NCBI GenBank assembly: GCA_963704885.1
Contig: CAVPIB010000001.1
Coordinates: 896,001-960,000, forward strand
Origin: an uncultured Actinomycetes bacterium
GTDB lineage: Bacteria > Actinomycetota > UBA4738 > HRBIN12
Length of the DNA: 64,000 nucleotides
Reading direction: 5' to 3'
Under the pieces are notes generated by a model. It saw nothing but the letters and a program-made list of their open reading frames with translations. It ran no database searches and was not told where the DNA came from. The position numbers and the translations under genes were made by a program. Positions 8,687 through 17,846 of this stretch are shown here, piece after piece. The first letter of the stretch is position 1. Each line of letters opens with the position of its first letter.

Positions 8687-10291
8687 CTATAGAGGGATGT
8701 TCCCGTGCTTGCGGGCGGGCACGTTCTCGCGCTTGGTCGAGAGCATCCGGAGCGACTGGATCAGTCGCTTGCGCGTCTCGGCCGGTTCGATGACGTCGTC
8801 GATGAAGCCTCGCTCGGCGGCCGCGTACGGCGTGGAGAACTTCGAGCGGTACTCCTCGATCAGCTGGCCGCGTTTGGTGGCGGCATCGGGGGCCCGGTCG
8901 ATCTCCTTGCGGAAGACGATGTTCACTGCGCCCTCGGCTCCCATCACCGCGATCTCGGCCGTCGGCCACGCGAACGCCACATCGGCGCGCAGGTGCTTCG
9001 AGTTCATGACCACGTACGCGCCGCCGTAGGCCTTGCGGGTGATGACCGTCATCCGCGGCACGGTGGCCTCGGCGAACGAGTACAGGAGCTTCGCGCCGTG
9101 GCGGATGATCCCGCCGTACTCCTGCGTCTTGCCTGGCAGGAACCCCGGGACGTCCACGAACGTGAGGAGCGGGATGTTGAACGCGTCGCAGAACCTCACG
9201 AAGCGAGACGCCTTCTCGCTGGCGTCGATGTCCAGCGTGCCGCCCAGCACTTTCGGCTGGTTGGCCACGATGCCGACGGAGCGTCCGTCCAGCCGCGCCA
9301 GCCCGATCACCATGTTCATGGCCCAGAAGGGGAAGATCTCCAGGAACTCGCCGTCGTCCACGACGCGCCGGATCACCTCGTGCATGTCGTATGGCTCTTT
9401 GGCGCGGTCGGGGATGATGTGCGTCAGGCCTTCGTCCAGACGGTCGGGGTCGTCCGTCGTGGCGTAGGCCGGTGGATCCTCCAGGTTGTTCGATGGCAGG
9501 AACGAGAGCAGGTACCGAACGCGCTGTAGCACGTCCTCGTCGTCCTCGCCGATGAACGACGCGACCCCCGAGATGCTGGCATGCGTCATGGCGCCGCCCA
9601 GCTCCTCGAACGTGACCTCCTCGCCCGTGACGGTCTTGATCACGTCCGGGCCGGTGATGAACATGTGCGAAGACTCCTTGACCATGAACGTGAAGTCCGT
9701 GATGGCAGGGGAGTAGACGGCGCCCCCCGCACATGGGCCCATGATCACGCTGATCTGCGGGATCACGCCGGAGGAGCGCACGTTGCGCTCGAAGATGTGG
9801 CCGTAGCCAGCGAGTGAGGCCGCGCCTTCCTGGATCCGCGCGCCTCCCGAGTCGTTGATCTGGATGAACGGCGCGCCCGTCTGCGTGGCCAGGTCCATGA
9901 CCTTGCACACCTTCTGCGCCATGACCTCGCCCATGGATCCGCCGAATACCGTGAAGTCCTGCGAGGCCACGAACACCTTGCGTCCGTCGATCGTGCCGAA
10001 CCCCGTGACGATGCCATCGCCCGGCGGTCGTTTCTTGTCCATGCCGAAGTCGTGGGCGCGGTGCACGGCGAACGGGTCGGTCTCAACGAAGGACCCCTTG
10101 TCCATGAGGATGTCCAGGCGTTCGTGGGCCGTGAGCTTGCCGCGGTCGTGCTGCTTCTTGGCCGCGTCCCGGCCGCCGGGGGTCTTGGCCGCCTTCTTCC
10201 TCCGCCGGAGATCCTCGACGCGTTCCTCGACGGTGGGCGTGCGCTCGGGTTCTTCGTTCGACCCCGATCGAGGTTTGTCGGTGGCGACCAT
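8687..10291 (-). CDS. pccB: Acyl-CoA (propionyl-CoA) carboxylase carboxyltransferase beta subunit
   Basis: [54 protein letters not shown]. Confidence 0.95.
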   Translation of the reverse strand: MVATDKPRSGSNEEPERTPTVEERVEDLRRRKKAAKTPGGRDAAKKQHDRGKLTAHERLDILMDKGSFVETDPFAVHRAHDFGMDKKRPPGDGIVTGFGTIDGRKVFVASQDFTVFGGSMGEVMAQKVCKVMDLATQTGAPFIQINDSGGARIQEGAASLAGYGHIFERNVRSSGVIPQISVIMGPCAGGAVYSPAITDFTFMVKESSHMFITGPDVIKTVTGEEVTFEELGGAMTHASISGVASFIGEDDEDVLQRVRYLLSFLPSNNLEDPPAYATTDDPDRLDEGLTHIIPDRAKEPYDMHEVIRRVVDDGEFLEIFPFWAMNMVIGLARLDGRSVGIVANQPKVLGGTLDIDASEKASRFVRFCDAFNIPLLTFVDVPGFLPGKTQEYGGIIRHGAKLLYSFAEATVPRMTVITRKAYGGAYVVMNSKHLRADVAFAWPTAEIAVMGAEGAVNIVFRKEIDRAPDAATKRGQLIEEYRSKFSTPYAAAERGFIDDVIEPAETRKRLIQSLRMLSTKRENVPARKHGNIPL

Positions 10292-10335
10292 CAGCGCAGT
10301 CTAGCCCCGGCCTAGAAGGTCCACGCGGGATGGCC

Positions 10336-10809
10336 TCAGCAGCCGACGCCCGCCCAGGGCCCCCAGCCGTCCTCGTTCGCCATTCGGATGGTGACGATGG
10401 TGTTGGTACGGCCGTTGAGCGCGCTGCGCTTGAGCTCCCAGTACGGCCTGGTCCACTCGTCGTAACGGTCCGACCAGGCCTCGGCGCTGTGCTGGAACAA
10501 CCCCAGGTATTGACCGGTAGGCGAGCTGGCCCACGGGATCAGGCCGCTCTCCCGCTCTGCGATGCAGATCGCCTTCTCGGCGCCGCCCGGCACGGGCCAC
10601 TTGTGGGTGGCGCACGTGATGATCCGGACGACCAGATCCTGCACGGCCTCACCCTCGAGCCGATCGAGCGCGCACGGTCCGGGAACGCGAGCCGTACCCG
10701 ACTTGCCACCGGCGGGGCTGGCAGCCGCGGGTCCTGAGACGAGCAGCGATACCGCGATCGACGCGCCGATCAGGGCGGCGATCGTGGTCTTGATCCGGTT
10801 CTGCCTCAT
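10336..10809 (-). CDS. Secreted lysozyme-like / Rpf-like lytic transglycosylase
   Basis: Signal peptide; CIAERESG (catalytic Glu), YLGLFQ and GWGPW. Confidence 0.7.
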   Translation of the reverse strand: MRQNRIKTTIAALIGASIAVSLLVSGPAAASPAGGKSGTARVPGPCALDRLEGEAVQDLVVRIITCATHKWPVPGGAEKAICIAERESGLIPWASSPTGQYLGLFQHSAEAWSDRYDEWTRPYWELKRSALNGRTNTIVTIRMANEDGWGPWAGVGC

Positions 10810-10934
10810 GCTCGTTCCCCGGTCTCGAGACAACGCGGTACCAGCCGGTAGGGAAGGGAGGGGCCGCGTCGCGGTCCCACGACCGTAGCATCGGAGGCCC
10901 GGATCCGTCGAACCGGTGACGAACGCCTGTTCGG

Positions 10935-11486
10935 TCAGACCTCCACGCGGCCACCACTCCGCCAGTACTCGCCGTGCTCCCTGTCCAAGAACCCCCCGTC
11001 CACCAAGTACCGACGAAGGGCGGCGTGGTCGTTGAAGAACCGGCCCACGATCGCGTTCACCTCGCGCTCGGGGTAGCGGACGCCGGGCTCGAACTCGAGC
11101 GCGATCCGCTCCAGGACGATCCGACGCTTCGTCTCCTTGGCGGGGATCTCCGTCAGGCGGCCGTCGCGGAAGAACGTCCTCAGAACGGTTTCCTCGTCAT
11201 CGCTGGCCGCGCCCAGCGCCAGACCGGCGTCGCGGGGGGGCCCGACCTGCTCGGCGGCCCATCGGAGCGTCTCGGGGTCAAGGCGGTAGGTGTGCCGATC
11301 GGGCTCCAAGCGGACCACGCCTGTAGAGAGCAGGCGGTTGAGGTGCTTACGCACCCGGGCGACCGTCAGCCCGAGCGCTTCGGCGAGCGTTGCCGCCGTG
11401 TGCACCTGGTGGGCGAGCGCGCCGGCGATCGCCAACCGCTCTGGGTCGGCCAGCGCACGCAGGATCTCGTCGGGGGTCTCGGCCAT
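10935..11486 (-). CDS. ArsR-like HTH plus DUF2087 domain protein
   Basis: LRALADPERLAI HTH; FFRDGRL-x-x-IP-x-K, YPEREVN, DHAALRRYLVD. SD AGGAG. Confidence 0.85.
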   Translation of the reverse strand: MAETPDEILRALADPERLAIAGALAHQVHTAATLAEALGLTVARVRKHLNRLLSTGVVRLEPDRHTYRLDPETLRWAAEQVGPPRDAGLALGAASDDEETVLRTFFRDGRLTEIPAKETKRRIVLERIALEFEPGVRYPEREVNAIVGRFFNDHAALRRYLVDGGFLDREHGEYWRSGGRVEV

Positions 11487-11513
11487 GTCGGCTCCTATCC
11501 CTACCATGCAGGG

Positions 11514-12434
11514 ATGCAGCTCACCGACCCGCAACGGCGGACGCTCGAACAGCTGATCGGCACCGACGCTCGACCCTCTTTCTCCACGGACCTCCCTCAA
11601 CGCCTCCGAGACCGGATCGAGGAGGCGGTCCGCGAGCTCGAACTGCCCGACACGCTCTGGCTGGGCAAGGAGAAGCTCACGGACCACGGGCGCTGCGAGG
11701 GGAAGTTCGCCGCCGCTATATCGGGAGAGGCGCCGCCGTTCGAACACTCCACGAAGAGCGCAGCGGGTGTGCTCTCACACCGCGCTATCGAGGTGGAGGT
11801 AGGTGCACGCGACGAGCTGGACGCCCATTCGATCGCGGCCATCGCCGCGGACCGGCTCGTCGAGCGCGAGGAGCGGTTCGCCGAGTATTGGCGGGGCCTG
11901 GATCCCACGGCGCAGGACGAGGTGCTGATGGAGGTCGTCCGGCGAGTGACGATGTTCCAGGCTTCGTTCCCTCCGCTCAAGGATCTGCGCCGGGAGTTGA
12001 CGCCCGTCCCCGAGCTGTCGGTGAAGGCCGAGCTGCTGGGCGGAGCGCTCATCTTGTCGGGCCGGATCGATCTGGTGCTGGGAGCTCCGGATCGCCTCGA
12101 CCCCGGGCGCGCCACGCGCCTGGTCATCGACCTGAAGACGGGTGGCGCGTACCCCGAGTACCCGGAGGATCTCCGGTACTACGCGCTGCTCATGACGCTG
12201 CGGTTCGGAGTTCCGCCTTATCGCGTGGCGTCGCTGTTCCTCGAGAGCGGGGAGTGGCAGGCAGAGGACATCGCCGAACAGGCACTGCAGCATGCGGCCG
12301 ACCGGGTGATCGCGGCGGCCCGCGCTGCGGCGGCTCTCGGGAACGGCCGCGAGCCCGAGCTCAGCCCGGGCGTCTATTGCGGCTGGTGCCCCCGAGCCGA
12401 GACCTGCCCGGTCGCCCAGATCTCTCCTGCCTAG
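11514..12434 (+). CDS. PD-(D/E)XK nuclease (RecB/AddB/Cas4-like) with a 1+3 Cys Fe-S staple
   Basis: G-x-x-x-H (GVLSH), ELSV, GRIDLV, IDLKTG. One N-terminal Cys (GRCEG) and C-terminal CGWCPRAETC. Leaderless TACCAT-6nt-ATG. Confidence 0.85.
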   Translation: MQLTDPQRRTLEQLIGTDARPSFSTDLPQRLRDRIEEAVRELELPDTLWLGKEKLTDHGRCEGKFAAAISGEAPPFEHSTKSAAGVLSHRAIEVEVGARDELDAHSIAAIAADRLVEREERFAEYWRGLDPTAQDEVLMEVVRRVTMFQASFPPLKDLRRELTPVPELSVKAELLGGALILSGRIDLVLGAPDRLDPGRATRLVIDLKTGGAYPEYPEDLRYYALLMTLRFGVPPYRVASLFLESGEWQAEDIAEQALQHAADRVIAAARAAAALGNGREPELSPGVYCGWCPRAETCPVAQISPA

Positions 12435-12496
12435 CCGACGCTCACGCTTGCTAGGGTTCTTCCGATCGTTCGACGGACCCGAAGGGTGATACCCCC

Positions 12497-13738
12497 ATGA
12501 GCAAGGAACTGTTGAAGATCGGCGAACTGCCGCCGATCGGCGAGGTGCCCGCGAAGATGCACGCGCAGCTGGTGCGGCCCGACCGGTTCGGTGAGCCATC
12601 GACTGCCATCCGGGATGAGGTGATAGACGTCCCCGAGCTCGGTCCGCTTGACGCGCTGGTGATGGTGATGGCCGGTGGTGTGAATTTCAATAACGTCTGG
12701 GCCGCAAGGGGTATGCCGGTCGATGTCACCAAGACCCAGGCGCGCTGGGGCGAGCCGACCGACTTCCATATCGTGGGCTCGGACGCCAGCGGCGTCGTAT
12801 ACGCCGTGGGCTCGGACGTGACGAACGTGGAGGTCGGCGACCGGGTCGTGGTCCACGCCGGCCAGTGGGATCCCGACGACCCGAAGGTGCTCGCCGGAGG
12901 GGACCCGGGCCTCGCCGATTCGTTCCGCGTCTGGGGCTACGACACGTGTTGGGGGTCGTTCGCGCAGTTCTGCAAGGTGCAGGCGCACCAGTGCCTGCCG
13001 AAGGCCGAGCACCTGACGTGGGAGGAGGCCGCCGCGCCCACCCTCACGGGGGCGACCGCCTACCGCATGCTCTTCGGCTGGCCGCCGAACACGGTCCAAC
13101 CCGGCGACGTCGTGCTGGTCTGGGGCGGTTCGGGAGGGCTCGGCTCGCTCGCGATCCAGTTGGTGGCCAACGCGGAGGGCAAGGCGGTTGCGGTGGTGTC
13201 GAGTGAAGAGAAGGGCGAGTTCTGCAAGACGCTCGGCGCGGTCGGCTACATCAACCGGAAGGACTTCACCCACTGGGGCGTGCCCCCGGCGTGGGACTCG
13301 CCGGAGTGGAGGACGTGGTTCGACGGAGCCAAGGCATTCGGCAAGGCGATCTGGGATGTCCTGGGCGAACGCAAGAGCCCACAGATCGTGTTCGAGCACC
13401 CGGCTCAGGACACCGTGCCCACCTCGAACTTCGTGTGCGATCGCGGCGGCATGATCGTGATCTGCGCGGGCACCAGCGGCTACGACACCATGATCGACGT
13501 CCGCTACCTCTGGTTCATGCAGAAGCGCTACCAGGGCTCGCACCTGTTCAACGACGAGCAGGCCGCCGCGTTCAACCAGATGGTGATCGACCGCAAGATC
13601 AAGACGACTCTGGGCGAGACCTACGGGTACGACCAGGTCGCGCACGTCCACCAGCTGATGGGGGACGGCCAGCTGCCGGAGGGCAACGTGGCAGTCCTGG
13701 TCCAGGCTCCCGAACAAGGGTTGACCGACCTGCCCTGA
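12497..13738 (+). CDS. ccr: Crotonyl-CoA carboxylase/reductase
   Basis: GGVNFNNVWA, FHIVGSDASG, WGYDT-x-WGSFAQF, TAYRML, WGGSGGLG, CAGTSGY, QGSH. Confidence 0.9.
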   Translation: MSKELLKIGELPPIGEVPAKMHAQLVRPDRFGEPSTAIRDEVIDVPELGPLDALVMVMAGGVNFNNVWAARGMPVDVTKTQARWGEPTDFHIVGSDASGVVYAVGSDVTNVEVGDRVVVHAGQWDPDDPKVLAGGDPGLADSFRVWGYDTCWGSFAQFCKVQAHQCLPKAEHLTWEEAAAPTLTGATAYRMLFGWPPNTVQPGDVVLVWGGSGGLGSLAIQLVANAEGKAVAVVSSEEKGEFCKTLGAVGYINRKDFTHWGVPPAWDSPEWRTWFDGAKAFGKAIWDVLGERKSPQIVFEHPAQDTVPTSNFVCDRGGMIVICAGTSGYDTMIDVRYLWFMQKRYQGSHLFNDEQAAAFNQMVIDRKIKTTLGETYGYDQVAHVHQLMGDGQLPEGNVAVLVQAPEQGLTDLP

Positions 13739-13780
13739 TCTCCGCGCGGTGCGTCGCCACACGGGGGTGCGAGTCGTTCC

Positions 13781-14188
13781 CTAGGGTTCCTGCACCAGTT
13801 CCACCAGCACGCCGCCCATGCTCTTGGGGTGGACGAATGCGATGAGCGTTCCCCGCGATCCCGGTCGAGGCGCCTCGTCGACCAGGCGCGCGTCGTCCGC
13901 GCGGAGCGCGTCGAGCGCCGCGGCCACATCGTCCACCCGGTAGGCGACGTGGTGCATGCCCGCCCCGCGCGCGGCCACGAACCGCCCGACGGGCGTGTCC
14001 GGCGCCAAGGCACCCAGCAGTTGGATGAACGACTCGCCGACCGGGAACAGCACCTCTTCGACCCCTTGATCCTCCACGCGCTCGCGGTGCGTCGGCTCCA
14101 CGCCGAGCGCGCGGCGGTACAACTCGACCGCCTCGTCCAGATCGTCGACCGCGATCCCGATGTGATCGATCGCCGTGGGGTCGATCAC
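13781..14188 (-). CDS. mce: Methylmalonyl-CoA (possibly ethylmalonyl-CoA) epimerase
   Basis: IDHIGIAV, GMHHVAY, FVHPKSMGGVLVELVQ. Confidence 0.9.
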   Translation of the reverse strand: MIDPTAIDHIGIAVDDLDEAVELYRRALGVEPTHRERVEDQGVEEVLFPVGESFIQLLGALAPDTPVGRFVAARGAGMHHVAYRVDDVAAALDALRADDARLVDEAPRPGSRGTLIAFVHPKSMGGVLVELVQEP

Positions 14189-14571
14189 ATCCGGCCTCCG
14201 TGATCAGGCTGCATCCGCGCGACCAGATCCATCGCTTCGGTCAGGTGGTAGGCGGGGAGCGTCAATGCCCGCGTCACGGCGGCGACGCCGAGCGCGCGGA
14301 GGTCTTCTTCGGCTTTCGAGCCGGGGGCGTCCGCGACCGGTGCCTCCAGCACGTAGAACTCGATCAATTCAAGGAACTGGGGGAGCGAGGGGACCAGGCC
14401 GCCACCCCCGCGTTCGTAGGCGTAGATGGTCTGACGCGATGCTGGGCATCGCTCCACCGCGGCGGCCGATTCCGCAGATCGGTAGCCGGCCGCGCGCCGC
14501 ACATCGCGCAGCAACCCACCGATGACCTCACGGTCCCGGTCGCTGATGGGCGGGTGTTTCTTGCGGGCCAC
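14185..14571 (-). CDS. XRE-like helix-turn-helix protein coupled to mce
   Basis: IGGLLRDVRRAAGY ... SRQTIYAYERG ... PSL; stop overlaps the mce start. Confidence 0.65.
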   Translation of the reverse strand: MARKKHPPISDRDREVIGGLLRDVRRAAGYRSAESAAAVERCPASRQTIYAYERGGGGLVPSLPQFLELIEFYVLEAPVADAPGSKAEEDLRALGVAAVTRALTLPAYHLTEAMDLVARMQPDHGGRM

Positions 14572-14776
14572 GGCACCTCTGTCCCGGTCGACGGCTCGGA
14601 CACCCTAGCGGCTCCCGGATGCGGCCGGTATCCCTTCGCCAGCGAGCCTGGTCCATCTGCCGCCCACCCTTCGGTCCCCCGTTCGGGGCCGAAGGGCCGA
14701 TTACGGGGGATGGACCTTCGTTGTAGCTTGACCGGGTGCCTCGGCAGAGGTAGCTCCCCGGCCGGAAGCGGGATCC

Positions 14777-16609
14777 TTGGACGAGAAGCATCACGCGAGC
14801 GTCGCGACGCACCTAGAGGGCTCTGCTCTGCACGCCCGGGGACGCGCCGACGTCTTCCGCCAGCGTGAACGGACCAGACGCAAGAAGGTCCTTCGCGCCC
14901 TCGTGGTGGTTGCGCTCCTGGATGGCTACCTCTGGTACCGGCTGGCCACGAACAACCCGATCCGACTGCCGGGCCTCCCGGGCGATCCGCTGATCTTCTT
15001 CCTCCCGCTGATCTTGATCCTGGCGATCGGTGCCATGGTCGCTATGCCGTTCCTGAACGGGCGCTCCCCTCACATCACGGTTCACCCCGAGCAGGTCGAG
15101 GTTGGGCTCAGCGATATCAAGGGTCTGGACGGCCAGGTCGACGAGGTCATGCGAACGCTCGACGTCTTCTTGGGGTACGCGACCTTCCGCGACGAGCTCG
15201 GTGGCACGCCGCGCCGCGGGATCCTGTTCGAGGGTCCGCCCGGCACCGGCAAGACGTATCTGGCGAAGGCCATGGCGAAGCAGGCCGGCGTTCCGTTCAT
15301 GTTCATCTCCGCGCCCGCGTTCCAATCCATGTGGTTCGGGGCGACGGCGTCGAAGATCCGTTCGTTCTTCAAGGCCCTCAGGAAGGCCGCGCGCAAGGAA
15401 GGGGGCGCGATCGGTTTCATCGAGGAGTTCGACGCGATCGGAGGATCGCGCGACACGATGGGCATGTCGCCCGCGCCGGCCGATCTCTCGCCAGGGGGGC
15501 TGTCGCGCACGGTCTCGCACATGATCTCCGGTGGGAACGGTGGCTTCGTTAACGAGCTGCTGATCCAGATGCAGTCGTTCGATCAGCCACCGTGGCGAGA
15601 CCGGGTGCGCGGGCGCATGGTCGCGTGGGTCAACACCTATCTGCCCGCGGAGCGTCAGCTCAAGAACGGGAAGCCCGCCTACAACAACATCCTGCTGATC
15701 GCGGCCACCAACCGCGGGGATTCGCTCGATCCCGCGCTGCTCCGCCCGGGACGCTTCGACCGGCGCCTGTATTTCGACCTGCCCTCCAAGCAGGAGCGGG
15801 AGGATCTGATCGATTTCTTCATGGATCGCAAGGCGCACGTCCCGGAGATGGATGAGCGATCGGCGCGCTCGCGTCTGGCGCACGATACGTTCGGCTACAC
15901 GCCGGTGATGCTGGAGCACCTCTTCGATGAGTCCCTCCTGATCTCGCTGCGCGAGGGGCGCAAGAAGATGACGCTCGACGACGTGTACGAGGCCAAGCTC
16001 ACGGACGAGATCGGCATGAAGCAGCCGGTCGTCTACACCGAAACCGATCGCGAGGCCGTGGCCACCCACGAAGCCGGGCACGCCACCGTCGCGTACTTCT
16101 TGGGGCGGGGCCGCCGCCTGGAGGTCCTATCGATCGTCAAGCGGAGAGGCTCGCTCGGGCTGCTCGCGCACGGCGACGAAGAGGAGCGCTTCACGCGGAA
16201 CAAGACCGAGGTGGAGGCGGGGATCGCGATCGCTCTGGGCGGCCTGGTCGCCGAGGAGCTCTGTCTGGGGGAGAGCGGGACGGGTCCGGCCTCGGACCTG
16301 GCGGCTGCTACCGGGTTGGCGGCACAGATGGTCGGGTCGTTCGGCATGGCGGGTTCGCTGATCAGCTACGACGCGATCGCCCAAGGCGCCGTGAGCCAGA
16401 CGAACCTGGTCGCGAAGGTTCTGGGGGATGGCGACGGGAAGCAGCGGGTGGAAGACATCCTGGAAGCTCAGCGGGCTCGTGTCCGCGAGGTGCTCGAGGA
16501 GAACCAGGACGTGCACGCGGCGCTTCGCGACGCGCTGATCGCACGCGACGAGCTGGTCCGCGACGACATCCTCGAGGTCATCGAGAAGGCCCTCGCCAAC
16601 CGCAACTGA
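14777..16609 (+). CDS. FtsH-like membrane AAA+ zinc metalloprotease (peptidase M41)
   Basis: Two N-terminal TMs; GPPGTGKT; IEEFD Walker B variant; ATNR-x-x-x-LDPALLRPGRFDR; HEAGH; ALGG-x-x-AEE; GPASDL. Confidence 0.88.
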   Translation: MDEKHHASVATHLEGSALHARGRADVFRQRERTRRKKVLRALVVVALLDGYLWYRLATNNPIRLPGLPGDPLIFFLPLILILAIGAMVAMPFLNGRSPHITVHPEQVEVGLSDIKGLDGQVDEVMRTLDVFLGYATFRDELGGTPRRGILFEGPPGTGKTYLAKAMAKQAGVPFMFISAPAFQSMWFGATASKIRSFFKALRKAARKEGGAIGFIEEFDAIGGSRDTMGMSPAPADLSPGGLSRTVSHMISGGNGGFVNELLIQMQSFDQPPWRDRVRGRMVAWVNTYLPAERQLKNGKPAYNNILLIAATNRGDSLDPALLRPGRFDRRLYFDLPSKQEREDLIDFFMDRKAHVPEMDERSARSRLAHDTFGYTPVMLEHLFDESLLISLREGRKKMTLDDVYEAKLTDEIGMKQPVVYTETDREAVATHEAGHATVAYFLGRGRRLEVLSIVKRRGSLGLLAHGDEEERFTRNKTEVEAGIAIALGGLVAEELCLGESGTGPASDLAAATGLAAQMVGSFGMAGSLISYDAIAQGAVSQTNLVAKVLGDGDGKQRVEDILEAQRARVREVLEENQDVHAALRDALIARDELVRDDILEVIEKALANRN

Positions 16610-16652
16610 AGCTGGCTCAGGCCGCCAGGTGGCGCGACGGTAGACTCGGTCC

Positions 16653-17837
16653 ATGACGCGGTCGGTCATCGTCGCGGGCGCCCGGACCCCGATCGGGAAG
16701 TTCCGGGGAGCGCTCGCGGGCTTCGCAGCCGTCGATCTCGGTGCTTTCGCCATCCGCGCGGCGCTCGAACGCTCCGGCGTGGCTCCCGAGCAGGTCGAGT
16801 ACGTGATCATGGGCCACGTGATCCAGGCTGGAACCGGCCAGATCACGGCACGCCAGGCCGCCGTGGGCGCGGGCATCCCGAAGGAGGTCCCAGCGATCAC
16901 CGTGAACAAGGTCTGCCTCTCGGGCCTGTCGGCGATCGCCATCGCCGATCAGATGATCCGCGCGGGCGAGCTGGAGATCGCGGTCGCGGGGGGGATGGAG
17001 TCCATGACCAATGCTCCGTTCCTGATCCCGAAGGCCCGGGATGGCTCGCGCCTGGGAGACACCCCGATGCTCGACTCCATGCTCCACGACGGCCTGTGGT
17101 CCAGCTTCCACGACCACCACATGGGTGAGGGCACCGATCTCGTGAGCGACGAGCTCAAGCTCGGTCGCGAGGAGCAAGACGTCTGGTCCGAGCGCTCGCA
17201 TCTGCGAGCGTCGGACGCGTGGGACGCCGGCCGTCTGGCCGAGGAGGTAGTGCCGGTCGAGGTCCCCCAGCGCAAGGGTGACCCGGTCGTGTTCGATCGG
17301 GACGAGGGGATCAGGCCGGACACGACGCTGGCGGCGCTCGCGGCGCTCAAGCCCGCCTTCAGCGATCAGGGCACGGTCACGGCCGGCAACGCGTCGCAGA
17401 TCTCCGACGGAGCAGCCGCGTGGTCGTCAGCCAGCGAGGAGGCCGCCGAGCGCCTCGGCCTCCATCCGATCGCGCAGATCTCGGGATACGGTATGTCGGC
17501 CGACCGGTACCCATCGCTGCAAACGGTGCCGGCGCTCGCGATCCAGGCGGCGCTCAAACGCGCGGATCTGGACGTCTCCGATCTGGGCTTGGTGGAGATC
17601 AACGAGGCGTTCGCGGCGGTCGCGGTGCACGCGTCGAGGATGCTCGGGTTGGACGAGGACATCGTGAACGTGAACGGCGGCGCGATCGCGTTGGGCCATC
17701 CGATCGGCGCGAGCGGCGCCCGGCTGGTCCTGACCCTGGCCCACGAGATGCGCCGGCGCGAGGTGGATCTGGGCGCGGCCGCACTCTGCGGCGGCGGGGG
17801 ACAGGGCGACGCGCTGATCATCCGGCGAGTAGTCTGA
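16653..17837 (+). CDS. Acetyl-CoA C-acetyltransferase (thiolase)
   Basis: RTPIG, NKVCLSG, GGMESM, EINEAFA, GHPIGASG, LCGGGGQG. Confidence 0.95.
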   Translation: MTRSVIVAGARTPIGKFRGALAGFAAVDLGAFAIRAALERSGVAPEQVEYVIMGHVIQAGTGQITARQAAVGAGIPKEVPAITVNKVCLSGLSAIAIADQMIRAGELEIAVAGGMESMTNAPFLIPKARDGSRLGDTPMLDSMLHDGLWSSFHDHHMGEGTDLVSDELKLGREEQDVWSERSHLRASDAWDAGRLAEEVVPVEVPQRKGDPVVFDRDEGIRPDTTLAALAALKPAFSDQGTVTAGNASQISDGAAAWSSASEEAAERLGLHPIAQISGYGMSADRYPSLQTVPALAIQAALKRADLDVSDLGLVEINEAFAAVAVHASRMLGLDEDIVNVNGGAIALGHPIGASGARLVLTLAHEMRRREVDLGAAALCGGGGQGDALIIRRVV

Positions 17838-17846
17838 GGCGGACTA

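Noticed and set aside
10811-10934. c-di-AMP (ydaO) riboswitch
   Set aside because: Only ACCGGGGAAC resembles it; the GCUGAA, GGGGUGAAU and CCCGUCAGCUAAC elements are absent.
11514-12434. cas4 of a CRISPR system
   Set aside because: No array or other cas genes in the window; treated as a solo PD-(D/E)XK nuclease.
17415-17435. Unusual thiolase segment DGAAAWSSASEE
   Set aside because: It reads GTG GTC GTC (VVV) in the adjacent frame: a compensating deletion/insertion pair, most likely an artefact.
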